Source of the DNA: Fibrobacteria bacterium
Lineage (GTDB): Bacteria > Fibrobacterota > Fibrobacteria > UBA11236 > JADFYW01
Reading direction: 5' to 3'
Assembly: GCA_050294405.1 (NCBI GenBank)
Contig: JBNKOC010000007.1
Span: 119,385 to 183,384, forward strand
DNA: 64,000 nucleotides
The notes beneath the pieces are model-generated. The model made no database searches and was not told the origin of the DNA. It saw only the letters and a list, made by a program, of their open reading frames with translations. The position numbers and the translations under genes were made by a program. Of this stretch, positions 39,031-49,389 are shown one piece after another (the stretch's first letter is position 1; each line of letters begins with the position of its first letter).

Positions 39031-40482
39031 TTAATCGTCATACTCAAAAGGAAGAGTATCGGACTGGGTGTTAAAGGTTAAAGTAAGATCCACCACTTCA
39101 GTATTGCCCCAGGGAGTCCCCGTTCTATCTGGGATGGTGATACGGACTACCTGATCGCCGGAAATATTTGGTCGGGCAATGATGTTAAGAGCCGGTTTGG
39201 AATTAGGACCACGATGCAATACAACATTTGTTCCAACTGCTGGGTCATTAGCCGCAATTAAAGGATCCCTGATATTAGTGCCACGAATATCAATAGTAGC
39301 GCCGGAAATTTGCAAGGAAGGTGTAAGGCTAATAAGATTGACTGGTGCCGCAGCCGCATCCACACTAAAGGCTTGCGGTCCCACTCCGCTACTTGTATCG
39401 TTTCCTCCAGGATTCACCACTGTAAAGGTTCTGGCTCCCACAGGAGCTGCCCCATTGGCGGTGATAGATATGGGAAGGTTACCAGGAGTGGCTCCCGGTA
39501 AAATAACGGCTGTTACTCCAACTCCGGAAAAGGTCACCGAATTTACCGTATCCAGGTTAGAGCCGGAAATATTTGCCGGGATAGAAGCCCCCTGAGTTAT
39601 GTTATGCACATCAATACCCGTAATAACAGGAGGGACAAACACGGCCAATACAGAAAATGTTACTCCTCCCGGACTGGCAGCCACACCGGAGGGTGTCGTC
39701 ACTGTAAAAGTTTTCGTTCCAACAGTCGCCGCCAAACCAACAGTCACTTGAATTTCCACTGTGGTTGCCGTAGTGGTTCCAATAACAGCTGTTACAGCAG
39801 GATCGCTAAATGTCACCGCCGTGGCGCCTGAAAGATTAGTACCCTGAATAGTACAAGTGACAGGAGCTCCGCCGGGAATTCCCGCATTGGTGCCTGTAAG
39901 TCCCGAAATTGTCGGCAATGAGGGCGCTACAGCAATAAGGCTGGCTCTCAACCTGGCATCTTGCCTAGCTCCGGGAGATATCCCCATACTGTCATAGTCA
40001 ATTTCCCCTAATATGATATATGGCTCTCCATTGGGAGAAGCTCCGGGAACGGACCCATTGTGAATTTCCAGTACGGCATTTTCCCTTACACGGGTATCAC
40101 CGTCGATTTCACCTTCGGAGGGTGGATCTTTTAATGTTTCTTCTTCATAACGAATGGTAACAACGGCTGTCTGGCCGGCCCCTATCCCCTGGGCATCCAG
40201 GTCATATTCCTGATCCACGAACAAGATGGACTCCTTTCCCTCCTGCTGAGTGGCATGAATTCCCAGAGCCATGCCAGCACGGACCCTAAAAGTCTTCTGA
40301 ACTGCATCCACCACTTCCAACGTCAGATCAGAGGGGTTAATAGGTAAAACGCCGGATTGTTCGAACAGAAAAAAGTTCATACGCCTGCGCATATGCAGGT
40401 GGTATATCTGTTCTTCCTGAAATTCCAATTCCTTTAGAAACTGGCCATCAAAAAAATTTACCCGTTTAATTTCCGTAGGCAT
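39031..40482 (-). CDS. eCIS tail-fibre-like protein with IPT/Ig-like repeats
   Basis: N-terminal KRVNFFDGQFL...EEQIYH fibre-attachment-type motif; repeated I.GTNL..A..VTF Ig modules. Confidence 0.65.
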   Translation of the reverse strand: MPTEIKRVNFFDGQFLKELEFQEEQIYHLHMRRRMNFFLFEQSGVLPINPSDLTLEVVDAVQKTFRVRAGMALGIHATQQEGKESILFVDQEYDLDAQGIGAGQTAVVTIRYEEETLKDPPSEGEIDGDTRVRENAVLEIHNGSVPGASPNGEPYIILGEIDYDSMGISPGARQDARLRASLIAVAPSLPTISGLTGTNAGIPGGAPVTCTIQGTNLSGATAVTFSDPAVTAVIGTTTATTVEIQVTVGLAATVGTKTFTVTTPSGVAASPGGVTFSVLAVFVPPVITGIDVHNITQGASIPANISGSNLDTVNSVTFSGVGVTAVILPGATPGNLPISITANGAAPVGARTFTVVNPGGNDTSSGVGPQAFSVDAAAAPVNLISLTPSLQISGATIDIRGTNIRDPLIAANDPAVGTNVVLHRGPNSKPALNIIARPNISGDQVVRITIPDRTGTPWGNTEVVDLTLTFNTQSDTLPFEYDD

Positions 40483-40492
40483 TTTGCCCTCC

Positions 40493-41248
40493 TCATATTT
40501 TACTGGAGTCTTTCCAGATTAAAGTGTCTTCCCCAATTGTGGAGCGGGCCTTTCCCAATGGATGTGTGGGACCACCCACAATAATCCCCGGAGCCCGAGC
40601 CCTTAGATGGTAATAGGTGTGCGCAGGTTTTTCCGCATCCACAATGGAGCGTGTGCCTTTATGGATGTTTTTCCACTCTGAGATATTAAAGGGAGTGGGG
40701 GCAAACCCGTAATTGATATTAACCACAAAAAAATAGGCAGGCGCGCCCGCTATGTATGTGCTTTTCCCTAATGTTGCATTCTCTTTTTTTCCTATGATAA
40801 ACCCGCCTGAAGGTTCCTCCACGCTCACATTGTTCCCTATAAACATGCGCAAATATTCTTCCAACCCTCTGCGGGTTCCCCGCTTTTTGTAAAGAGGCAC
40901 AATACGCCCCAACCATTGCCTCCTTTTTTCCAGGGACCAGTTCTGATCTAAGCTCAGCCCTACCCAGGAAGCTAAGTAGCTGAGAAATTCAGACTTCCCG
41001 GATTCCGTCGCTGCATTTGGATTTAAGGGAACAGTAGCGGGATCCAGATATTTGGGATAGTCTGATACCCAATCTTTAAGTGAGCGTACCTTTTCACTTC
41101 CCAGCAAAGCGTCTTCCCTGCCCGATAGGAATCCCTCAAAAATTTTCAGGTATTCCCCGAGAAAACCTCCGGGTTTACCCGAACTATCACTGTGAAAGAT
41201 ACCGGGAAGGTATTTGATATATGGACTGGAATCGCTTAATGTACTCAT
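40493..41248 (-). CDS. Baseplate wedge protein (P2 gpI-like)
   Basis: YLPGIF, FLSYLASWVG, YKKRGTRRGLEEYL, EKPAHT. Confidence 0.85.
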   Translation of the reverse strand: MSTLSDSSPYIKYLPGIFHSDSSGKPGGFLGEYLKIFEGFLSGREDALLGSEKVRSLKDWVSDYPKYLDPATVPLNPNAATESGKSEFLSYLASWVGLSLDQNWSLEKRRQWLGRIVPLYKKRGTRRGLEEYLRMFIGNNVSVEEPSGGFIIGKKENATLGKSTYIAGAPAYFFVVNINYGFAPTPFNISEWKNIHKGTRSIVDAEKPAHTYYHLRARAPGIIVGGPTHPLGKARSTIGEDTLIWKDSSKI

Positions 41249-41254
41249 GGCATG

Positions 41255-42883
41255 TTATTCCGAATTTCTCAAAATGCTGACAACAGGATGGCTGGCGGCC
41301 AAAAATGGAAGGCTTGCAGCAGGAATGGGAACATCACCGTGAACATCCGAAGGAGATAAATCCAAACTGCTAACATGGTCCACACCTTCCATTTCCTCAA
41401 GAATGCGAAAAAGGTGTGAACGGTATATGGTCTGTCCTAAGTTCCACCCCTCTCCACTAAGGCCCCCCTCTCTGATATTTAAAAACTTGTGTATGCGGTA
41501 AGAAATATTTTCACGCATTTCCTCCACGTTATTGTTGGATTCGATAACTGCGGTGACCCTTATGTTTACGCTGTGTAAAGAAGCTGGAACAAAATGAATA
41601 CGCGTGCATAAAAGCCGCCTTTCATCCAAAAACAACATCAGTTTTTCTTCCAACTCCGGACTAACGGACAATAAGTTTGGGTCCGTAAAAAGCAAATCGT
41701 ATTCTTCCATTACAGGGTCCGCTGAATCTTCCCGATTGGCTAAAATTTCCGGTATTAACAAAATGGTAACATTGCCCTTGGAAACTCTGTTCAAGCTCAG
41801 AGGAGGCCTTCTATCCATCATGGGCAAGGCTTGTATAATTCTTTCTGGCCGTCCTGCCAGTTCCTGGTATTCATTAAACCCTTCGAGTATTGCCGTTTTA
41901 AAGTCTTGCCGGGTTACAAGCCGGAAGCTTTCCCGGAATTTTTTCAGACCATCTGAAATTTTATTCTCTGATGTGTGGTGGTACCTGCCTCCAAAGGCCG
42001 GACTGTTGCCATGGTAAACAATGGATTCCCCTGGCAGCAATGTGGGAAGAGAATCCATCAAATGGACTAATGACATTTCATCCACAAGTGCTTCTGGCCC
42101 CATTATGGTTTGGTAACTCCGGGCCCAAACTTGGGCATCCGCTTCTGGGATAGCGGAACGAATACCATCCCCGAATATTATTTGATTGTCAAAAGCATTT
42201 ATCCGAAAATGCAAGGGTAGCGGATCCCCGCCACTTGGCTCTTCATCCGGAAAAAACTGTACATGTTCCCAAGATGTTGTGACCAAACCCAATTCAGTTT
42301 CAATTATTGGGTTGGGGGTATAGACCAGCGACTGATGAACAAAGTCCTCAAGGATAGGTCCATTCAAAAAACTAAAACTTTGATTGGGTTTACCATTACT
42401 TAATCCTAAAAATTCATTTTCTACAACATGCAGGCACCTCGCTTCAATACGTCGGTTAAAGCTAAGGGTATTTGCCGGGTCCGCTGGATTATCCGGAGGG
42501 GCGGGAGGATTTAATTCCAAAGAATTTAAGGTTTCGAATACATAGCGCTTGCCCTCAATAAAATCTGTGCTTACGCGAAATCCCGCAGGGAAAACCAACG
42601 CCCCCGCTCTATCCGAGGACAGGGTAAACTCAAAATCCAGGTAAACTAAAACTGGTTCAGGGGGGTCGAGTATTAACTTTAGATAATTCAACTGGTGGCG
42701 GGGAGTGATACGGTTCATTTGATAAAGAAATGACTCTCCTAACCAAGCCAGGAGTTCCAACAACATTATTCCCGGATCGCTGGGGTTATGATCCGTCCAA
42801 TGGTTTGCCGGCAAAGCTGACTTCAGCACCGCTAAGATGTCGCGATAATTTCTGTCGTCTATATTTAATAGAGGCAGAGCCAT
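41255..42883 (-). CDS. Baseplate J-like protein
   Basis: IDDRNY, WTDHNPSDPGIMLLELLAW, SNGKPNQ, FGDG, RLVT..DF; start MALP at 42883. Confidence 0.85.
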   Translation of the reverse strand: MALPLLNIDDRNYRDILAVLKSALPANHWTDHNPSDPGIMLLELLAWLGESFLYQMNRITPRHQLNYLKLILDPPEPVLVYLDFEFTLSSDRAGALVFPAGFRVSTDFIEGKRYVFETLNSLELNPPAPPDNPADPANTLSFNRRIEARCLHVVENEFLGLSNGKPNQSFSFLNGPILEDFVHQSLVYTPNPIIETELGLVTTSWEHVQFFPDEEPSGGDPLPLHFRINAFDNQIIFGDGIRSAIPEADAQVWARSYQTIMGPEALVDEMSLVHLMDSLPTLLPGESIVYHGNSPAFGGRYHHTSENKISDGLKKFRESFRLVTRQDFKTAILEGFNEYQELAGRPERIIQALPMMDRRPPLSLNRVSKGNVTILLIPEILANREDSADPVMEEYDLLFTDPNLLSVSPELEEKLMLFLDERRLLCTRIHFVPASLHSVNIRVTAVIESNNNVEEMRENISYRIHKFLNIREGGLSGEGWNLGQTIYRSHLFRILEEMEGVDHVSSLDLSPSDVHGDVPIPAASLPFLAASHPVVSILRNSE

Positions 42884-42884
42884 G

Positions 42885-45800
42885 TTATGCATCCACCATG
42901 GTAATTGTGTGAGTACCGGTTACCGGGAGAGAAAATTCTGGAATTGCGTAACTTTCCACAGCGGGAAGCCCTGTAAATTCCAGAGACTGAATAAATTTCA
43001 CGCCTTTTTGTTTCTGAAGGGATGCCATTATTTCGGAAAGTGGGACGGCCCTGCCAAATTTCCAACCTTCCCCTTTTTCTCCTCCACTGAGGGGATGAAA
43101 AAATCTATTCAGCTCATCACGAATAAGCCCTTCCACTTGCCTGGATTCCCTTGGGTTTTCACTAACGGCTTCCACATCAACAGAAACCCTAACAAAGTTA
43201 GGTCCAATGGCATAAACATCATTAAAAATATTGGCCAGGGAATATGTTTGGAGAAATTCAACCACCTGCCTTAGAAGGCGGTTTGTGGGCCGTGGCTCCG
43301 GTTTAAGAGAATTAGGCAAAACCAGAACAGTCACTGCCCCGGGCTGAAAAACCAGACTACTTCCCTGCGGAGCTTTAGTGGGCAGACAGCGGACTCTGGC
43401 CAGACCCGAAAAATTTTGTAAAATCATCCACTCATAGTCTTCTACGCTTACAGCCTTGTCGCGATTTTTTATGCTTTGCGGCCCAAATAACTGAATTTGT
43501 TCTCTGGTCCATCCATCTGCACCTCCCACTGTGTCACTCACATTAAAAACCTCTTTAACAAAGGGAAAATTGGATTGAAGCTCCTTAACGCTTAAAAGAG
43601 TCCCCGCCGCTTTAGCCTTTTCACCTCCCCCGGTCTGAAAATTTCTCAACAAAATGTTGTTCTTTAGAGGGGGCGGCATCATGCCGTTTAAAGAATCCCC
43701 AAAATGAAGAACTCCTTCTACAGGATCTAAAGTGTAATGACGGGAGTTGGCATCCGAAGTTAAAAAATTACTGACTTCCACCCAGCGAACCAATACTTCC
43801 GAACTATCTTCATTTGATTCTTCGATAACATTAGGAATGTTTTCCGGCTGAAAAAAGGTATGGTCCTTGAGCAAAGTTTCCTTTTCCGCCAAACTGAGTG
43901 CCTCTGGTTCTCGTATCCAAATTTCCCCGCTGAGCACGGGAGTTTTCAGCAGCTGGAGTTTTTGATTTTTTTCACCGGTACCACTGCCCAATATAAGGTC
44001 ACTGGAAGATGATTTTGCCTGCCGCGCCATGACGCTGTTGATATATATGTTTTGGAAAAAAGGCGGCAAGGTATAGACCCCTTCAGCCAACCTTGCGCGA
44101 ATCCAGTATAAAGCTTGGTCTTCTTCTGGAAAAAATTCGGTTGTATGCACAGGATTAATTTTGCCCCCCGCCTTTGGCCCCAGGAATGAAACCACCCCGC
44201 TACCAGTGAGGTTCAGGGTATCATCTTCTGTCTTCAAGGGCAGCCATTGGCCTGTTACATCAAAAACTTCCCAGACAATCTGGGGGTTTCCCAACTCGGT
44301 GGGAGCTCCTACTGAAAAGGGATTTTCCAAAATTCTGGCATAAAAACTCAAATATTTATTTTCAAAATCCCCATCCAGCCCTATGTAAAGAGCGGGTTCC
44401 ACAGAAAAAAAGGATGTTTTTTCTCCAGTTGCAGGCAAAGTTTGTTGTTCCAGATGCAGGGGATGAAAAACCTCCACGCTCCGTCCCTGATTGAGATCCA
44501 TTGTTAAATTTTTCCATTGGAAGTTCTCGCAAGCAACGACAGTGGTAACAGGCAAAGGATTTGTGTGGTAGGTAAAAGTAACATCAAATTTTTCAATAAT
44601 GGGTGGAATTAAGGTGGGACCTACAACCAGGTAATGAGGGTCTGGTGGACCGGAAAAGGATGTATTAGCTACCAATTCTGCGGATTTTCCAAAAGGGTTG
44701 TGATTTTTAATGAGGGCTCGAATGTATCCCCCTTCCTCCCCGGCAACTTCCACAGAAGTGATATCTGACGGAACCTCAAACTTAAACCCAGACTGCCCGC
44801 TACCGGAAAAAGCAAAAAAGGTACCATCCTCGTCGATAATGCTGTTCCAGGTAGACAAGGTCGGGTCCCATTTTTCCCGGGTAACGGAAAGAGTTGGAGG
44901 TGTTCCCGGAGTAATGGAATATACATGCCTATAGCGCGCCAATATGTTCCAGTTCCCATCAGGGCCGGGATACTGCCAATCTATTTCCGTAACAATATCA
45001 GTGGAATTCACAAGATTGGAAAATTGGTTCTGGAGTTCTGCCAGGGAAGGCGCATTCAATAGAATCCTCAGCTCCACTTCCTTCACCCTGTTTGTGAAAG
45101 CTTCATCAGAACGCACATACAAAACATCCCCGAATTTTGGGAATTCCCCAAAGGGGTATATGGGTTTACTAACATCCAGCAATTGGGTATTTTTAACCAA
45201 TGATTGTATGAGGGCTGTGGACACTAACCCAGTACCGGGACTGATATAAGCGTCTATTTTCTTTAAAAAGCTGCCGCTACCTCCTGCCGTAAGAAACTGG
45301 CTGGGCCGCAACCGCAACCAATATCCCTTTTGACCTCCAACCTCCATTTCCGTCACAGCCTGAAATGCCGGTAGGACCACTTGTATCTGGCTTGTAGTGC
45401 TGGGTAAGTAAGTTACCGAAGCAGGCACCCAACTAATACCCTCACTATCGGGAATTTCCCAAATGAGAGACTGATCCATAAACCCCTCTCCAAGGAGGCC
45501 CTCAAAATCAAGACGGAGGGTTATGGTGATAACTTCTTTGGATCCGAATAATTCTTCACTTTCCAGATATAGTTCATGAGGTATGGAAAGACCTTCCTCC
45601 GAAAAAAGGGTAATGCCTTGCGAAGGGTCTTCCAACACTGCTTTTTCAGGGGGATATTCTAAGTAAGTAATCTCGTTGTAAACATCCCTTTCGGGAAAGG
45701 CATAAAAAATTCGCTTTACAGCTGCAGAAGTAGCATCCACACTATTTAATGTTTCAAATACATAGGAGGAAAGACTTTCCGTCTGTACGGTGGCTACCTG

Positions 45801-46112
45801 GGTCCCTTTAGGAAGAGTTGTGCGGTCTGTGCCGCTGGAAATTTTAAAAGTAAGGGGTACTTCTCCCGAAGCCCCAGGATATCTTTTTACACCTACAAAA
45901 TCCAGAAATTCCATAAAGTTTTTTTCAGGCATACGGTTAAGCCGCACATTGAGAATCTCCATGAGACGCGAAAATACCACTAACATTCTGGCCCCTGGAT
46001 CGCCTTCGCTGCGCACCCCACTCCAGGCAGGCAGGTATTTTTCTGCGAGCCCGCGAATTTGCTCCAACAACATATGGACATCACGGGAATCAAGGGCAGG
46101 CGGACGCATCAC
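42885..46112 (-). CDS. Large baseplate J-like protein (Afp11-like)
   Basis: PALDSRD, GDPG, GTQVAT, FGDSLNGMMPP, RDKAVSVEDYE, GWKFGR. Confidence 0.88.
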   Translation of the reverse strand: MMRPPALDSRDVHMLLEQIRGLAEKYLPAWSGVRSEGDPGARMLVVFSRLMEILNVRLNRMPEKNFMEFLDFVGVKRYPGASGEVPLTFKISSGTDRTTLPKGTQVATVQTESLSSYVFETLNSVDATSAAVKRIFYAFPERDVYNEITYLEYPPEKAVLEDPSQGITLFSEEGLSIPHELYLESEELFGSKEVITITLRLDFEGLLGEGFMDQSLIWEIPDSEGISWVPASVTYLPSTTSQIQVVLPAFQAVTEMEVGGQKGYWLRLRPSQFLTAGGSGSFLKKIDAYISPGTGLVSTALIQSLVKNTQLLDVSKPIYPFGEFPKFGDVLYVRSDEAFTNRVKEVELRILLNAPSLAELQNQFSNLVNSTDIVTEIDWQYPGPDGNWNILARYRHVYSITPGTPPTLSVTREKWDPTLSTWNSIIDEDGTFFAFSGSGQSGFKFEVPSDITSVEVAGEEGGYIRALIKNHNPFGKSAELVANTSFSGPPDPHYLVVGPTLIPPIIEKFDVTFTYHTNPLPVTTVVACENFQWKNLTMDLNQGRSVEVFHPLHLEQQTLPATGEKTSFFSVEPALYIGLDGDFENKYLSFYARILENPFSVGAPTELGNPQIVWEVFDVTGQWLPLKTEDDTLNLTGSGVVSFLGPKAGGKINPVHTTEFFPEEDQALYWIRARLAEGVYTLPPFFQNIYINSVMARQAKSSSSDLILGSGTGEKNQKLQLLKTPVLSGEIWIREPEALSLAEKETLLKDHTFFQPENIPNVIEESNEDSSEVLVRWVEVSNFLTSDANSRHYTLDPVEGVLHFGDSLNGMMPPPLKNNILLRNFQTGGGEKAKAAGTLLSVKELQSNFPFVKEVFNVSDTVGGADGWTREQIQLFGPQSIKNRDKAVSVEDYEWMILQNFSGLARVRCLPTKAPQGSSLVFQPGAVTVLVLPNSLKPEPRPTNRLLRQVVEFLQTYSLANIFNDVYAIGPNFVRVSVDVEAVSENPRESRQVEGLIRDELNRFFHPLSGGEKGEGWKFGRAVPLSEIMASLQKQKGVKFIQSLEFTGLPAVESYAIPEFSLPVTGTHTITMVDA

Positions 46113-46522
46113 AATTTCAATTCCTTTTCCAGGTAAAAGGGATAAACCAAATTGTACATACTATTGGTGGCCCGAATTTTATAGTCGATGTTAATATTCA
46201 ACAAAGCTTGCTGTTTAAAGTCTTCCTCAGAATATACTTGTACCACGTCAATACGAGGTTCCCACTGCACCAGGGCATTGGTAACGTAAAGAGTTATCAG
46301 GCTTTTGGTGTTGGCATTGATGGGTGCAAATACCAATTCACTCAGGCGGGAGCCAAATTCCGGTCTCATAACCCGCTCTCCCCGGGCTGTTCCGAGTATG
46401 ATAAAAATAGATTGGCGGATTTTTTCCTCATCTTCAGAATAAGCAATAATTCCATTACCGCCAGGTTCAATGGGGTATCCCCAACCCCGCCCGAGTATTT
46501 TTTGATTACTTATTAGAGCCAT
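46109..46522 (-). CDS. gp25/GPW baseplate protein (Afp9-like)
   Basis: LGRGWGYP, IRQSIFIILGTARGERVMRPEFG, WEPRI, NLVYPFY; start MALISNQK. Confidence 0.92.
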   Translation of the reverse strand: MALISNQKILGRGWGYPIEPGGNGIIAYSEDEEKIRQSIFIILGTARGERVMRPEFGSRLSELVFAPINANTKSLITLYVTNALVQWEPRIDVVQVYSEEDFKQQALLNINIDYKIRATNSMYNLVYPFYLEKELKL

Positions 46523-46532
46523 GGTAATTCCT

Positions 46533-47018
46533 TTAACTAATGGGGCCTGATACAGGGGATGAAGGTTGAACAAAAAGTATGTCATTGACCATAACCTCAG
46601 TGGCCCCGGAATGGAAAGCGTCTGCAAGTTCTCCCGCCTTGTCCGAAGCGCTCTTTTCTTCCACGTCACCGAAAATGGATTCCAGGGAAGAAGAAAGACT
46701 GCTGTTCCCCGCTGATGTTGTTGATCCGGCCGCGCTGGGGCCAACCCATACCATTGCTTGCCAAAAGGATTTAACGCCATTGGCTATAGCAGAAGCGCAA
46801 TCCGAAACGGATTCTGAACTAAAACCTCCAGAAAAGGCTCCCTGCAAAATACTCATGTTAGCCATGGCAGTAACCGGAAGGCTGGATACGGCAGACATAG
46901 CTGTGGATGCATAGCTGGTATAAGCCAATGCCCACATTGAGGGGGCTGGGCCCTTTTCGGGAAAGCTCTCGATAATTTGTTGGAGCTGACTTTTAAGAGA
47001 TATTTTAACCAGGGCCAT
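46533..47018 (-). CDS. Hypothetical Ser/Ala-rich protein between spike and gp25
   Basis: 161-aa ORF in operon; no PAAR motif visible. Confidence 0.6.
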   Translation of the reverse strand: MALVKISLKSQLQQIIESFPEKGPAPSMWALAYTSYASTAMSAVSSLPVTAMANMSILQGAFSGGFSSESVSDCASAIANGVKSFWQAMVWVGPSAAGSTTSAGNSSLSSSLESIFGDVEEKSASDKAGELADAFHSGATEVMVNDILFVQPSSPVSGPIS

Positions 47019-47023
47019 AAGAG

Positions 47024-47677
47024 CTATTCCGTTTTGTGATTAGAACTGATGTGAGTGCCGTCTTCCATTACCTCCACTGGAGTTCCCGAGGGCCCTACTC
47101 CAGTAGGATGGGTGTGCTGATTGAACAGCTCCATAAAAGCAGTACCCAACACCAGGGCTTCGGAAGAATCCGCGCTGCCGATTTTAATTGCATCGGAAGT
47201 AATGGTAACACCGTCGGCATTCATTTCAATTTTATTGCCGTTTTTATCTTCAATGGTAATGATTTCACTATCTGATGTGTCATCTAAAATTATTTTATGA
47301 CCGCTACGGGATTTGATCATCCGTATGTTATTGTCCGCTTCGGAACTGGCGCTTTCTTCAGGAGTGGTATCCTGACCGTTCCAAAGAGCCCCCAAAATAA
47401 TGGGAAAGCGCACATCTCCTTTTTCAAAGGCCACCACTACTTCATCGTCCACCTCGGGGCGAAAAAAGCCTCCCCTATCAGGACCAGCCATAAAACTGGA
47501 AACACGAGCCCAACGGCTCTCCAGTTCCTCGGGAAGCCATGGGAATTTAACCTTAACCCTTCCTTTGGAATCCGGGTCTTCCAGATTTGTTACCACAGCC
47601 GTCACGATTCCATACATAGAAGTAGGATAGGAGTTTTCCTGGGTAAATTGCAATATGGGAAATTCGGGGTATTTCAT
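47024..47677 (-). CDS. Spike/baseplate assembly protein V (gp5 OB-fold)
   Basis: DPDSKGRVKVKFPW, WARV, PEVDDEVVVAF, LGALWNG; C-terminal HTH iron-binding motif. Confidence 0.92.
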   Translation of the reverse strand: MKYPEFPILQFTQENSYPTSMYGIVTAVVTNLEDPDSKGRVKVKFPWLPEELESRWARVSSFMAGPDRGGFFRPEVDDEVVVAFEKGDVRFPIILGALWNGQDTTPEESASSEADNNIRMIKSRSGHKIILDDTSDSEIITIEDKNGNKIEMNADGVTITSDAIKIGSADSSEALVLGTAFMELFNQHTHPTGVGPSGTPVEVMEDGTHISSNHKTE

Positions 47678-48723
47678 GAGGCGTTCCTGATACCGTGAAA
47701 TCCGGTGATGTATCCAAGTTCTGGACCAATACTGTGCTCCACCCTGTCTAAGTAATAATCTCCACTAAACATCCCCCCCAGACCGTTAATGGCCACAACT
47801 TGACCCGCTTTGAGATTGGGGTTTCCTACACATTCTCCCTCTCCCTTTATCCATTCCAATGCAAATTTTTGCAAATGGCCCAGCGCCAGCTGGTTGGCTT
47901 CGTTTTGGCTGTATACCGGAACTTCAGATTCCACATAAGTTCTCTCACCAAAGGCGCTGTCCATCTGGTCTAATCCAAAGGCACTACCCATGGCCCCAGC
48001 CAGAGAGTCACTTTGCGCCACTCCTACTACCTGCTCCTTTGTTTCGGGATTCCAGCCCAACACCTCCACCTTACCAACGGCTCCAATGGATGACATGCGA
48101 GGAAAAAACCACTTAAGAGAATGAGGATACTCCAACTCTTCCTCACCAGACAAGTGATACCCTTTTTTTATAAAAGCGATATCTTCCCCATCTACCTTTA
48201 TTTCAAACCCGATTCTTCTTGCCCGTGATTGTAAAAAATGCAGGTCACTTAAATTATTCTGCAATACATATGGGTGTATAATTTCGCTATCGTCTACTCG
48301 ACTGGAAAGTTCATTTTCTTCCAAAATTTGATTTGCAATTTGAGAATCGGACATCTCGGAAAAAATGCGGGATTTTTTGCCTCTTCCCAAACGATGAAGC
48401 TTATCATATCCCTGCACCTGTAGCAGAGCCGTTCCTGAACTGGTAAATTTGGGTTGCAGAGCAGTTATTTCACCTACAAACAAAGACTGGTAGGCATCGA
48501 GATATCCCATTTGAATTTCCACTGAACTGCCAAGTTCAAATTGTTCGAGCAGCTGCATATCCTGGTTCTGACCGCTAACCAGGTTAAAGCTGATTTCAAA
48601 GTAACCAGGAGCGTCCACTCGTAAATCAATAGTCGTTTCCCGCAAATTGGATTTGGTATCTGCTTCAAGCTCCGATCCGTCAATAAGAATCTTACTGTCT
48701 GGTGCTTTGTTTTCTTCTGCCAT
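47674..48723 (-). CDS. Hub protein (late control D/gp27-like; VgrG N-terminal equivalent)
   Basis: MGY...LFVGEI, QNNLSDLHFL, GWNP, GNPNLKAG, FSGDYY...VEH. Confidence 0.88.
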   Translation of the reverse strand: MAEENKAPDSKILIDGSELEADTKSNLRETTIDLRVDAPGYFEISFNLVSGQNQDMQLLEQFELGSSVEIQMGYLDAYQSLFVGEITALQPKFTSSGTALLQVQGYDKLHRLGRGKKSRIFSEMSDSQIANQILEENELSSRVDDSEIIHPYVLQNNLSDLHFLQSRARRIGFEIKVDGEDIAFIKKGYHLSGEEELEYPHSLKWFFPRMSSIGAVGKVEVLGWNPETKEQVVGVAQSDSLAGAMGSAFGLDQMDSAFGERTYVESEVPVYSQNEANQLALGHLQKFALEWIKGEGECVGNPNLKAGQVVAINGLGGMFSGDYYLDRVEHSIGPELGYITGFHGIRNAS

Positions 48724-48739
48724 ATTTTTTTCTGTTCGA

Positions 48740-49387
48740 TTAAATTTTGTAGGTGGGAATCACCAGTCTGGTACCCGGAATCAAATTCAAAGGATCTTCA
48801 ATTTGGTTTTCTTTTGCAATATACCGCCATTTTTCAGGGCTATTGTAAAACCGCGAAGCAATATGAGCCACTGTGTCTTTTTCTTTAACAATGTATATCT
48901 TGGTTTTGTCAGCGGAATGAGGTTCATTCCGTTTAAGTTCATCTTCAGACAATGTAAATTGGGCAAAAGATGTAGATAATTTAGCCCTTACCGGAGTACC
49001 GTCTTCGAGAAACATAGTGAAATTTTGCTTGAGACTTTCCAAAACGCCTGTAAAGGGAAAGTCGGCGTGGGCTCCACCTGGTGCAGCCACTCCCCAGGAT
49101 ATTGTCACTTTGGGAGGGCGATGGACCTCGGAATTGAACACCAGCAGGTTAGATATTTTTACCGTATATTCACGAACATCCGTCCTTGCTTCGTAAGTAT
49201 CGAAAAATAAGTCCATGGTTAGTTTTTTTCTGGAGCCGCCTGCATATTGAAGTTCAGGAGACTGGCCCATAGATTCCTGATCTGTCCATTCAGAAGCATC
49301 ATCTAAAGAATATTCCGTAGGATTAAACAATACGGAAAACTCCTCGGAAGTATCTTCATTTTTGATTTTCAGCTTTTCCAATTGCAT
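48740..49387 (-). CDS. CIS tube-initiator/LysM protein (Afp7-like)
   Basis: FNPTEY, LFFDT, PPKV..SWG, DGTPVRA; C-terminal LysM. Confidence 0.9.
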   Translation of the reverse strand: MQLEKLKIKNEDTSEEFSVLFNPTEYSLDDASEWTDQESMGQSPELQYAGGSRKKLTMDLFFDTYEARTDVREYTVKISNLLVFNSEVHRPPKVTISWGVAAPGGAHADFPFTGVLESLKQNFTMFLEDGTPVRAKLSTSFAQFTLSEDELKRNEPHSADKTKIYIVKEKDTVAHIASRFYNSPEKWRYIAKENQIEDPLNLIPGTRLVIPTYKI

Positions 49388-49389
49388 AA

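Noticed and set aside
46523..46780. N-terminal extension of gp25 in the ORF track
   Set aside because: Overlaps the 161-aa gene in another frame; the gp25-like sequence starts at MALISNQK (46522).
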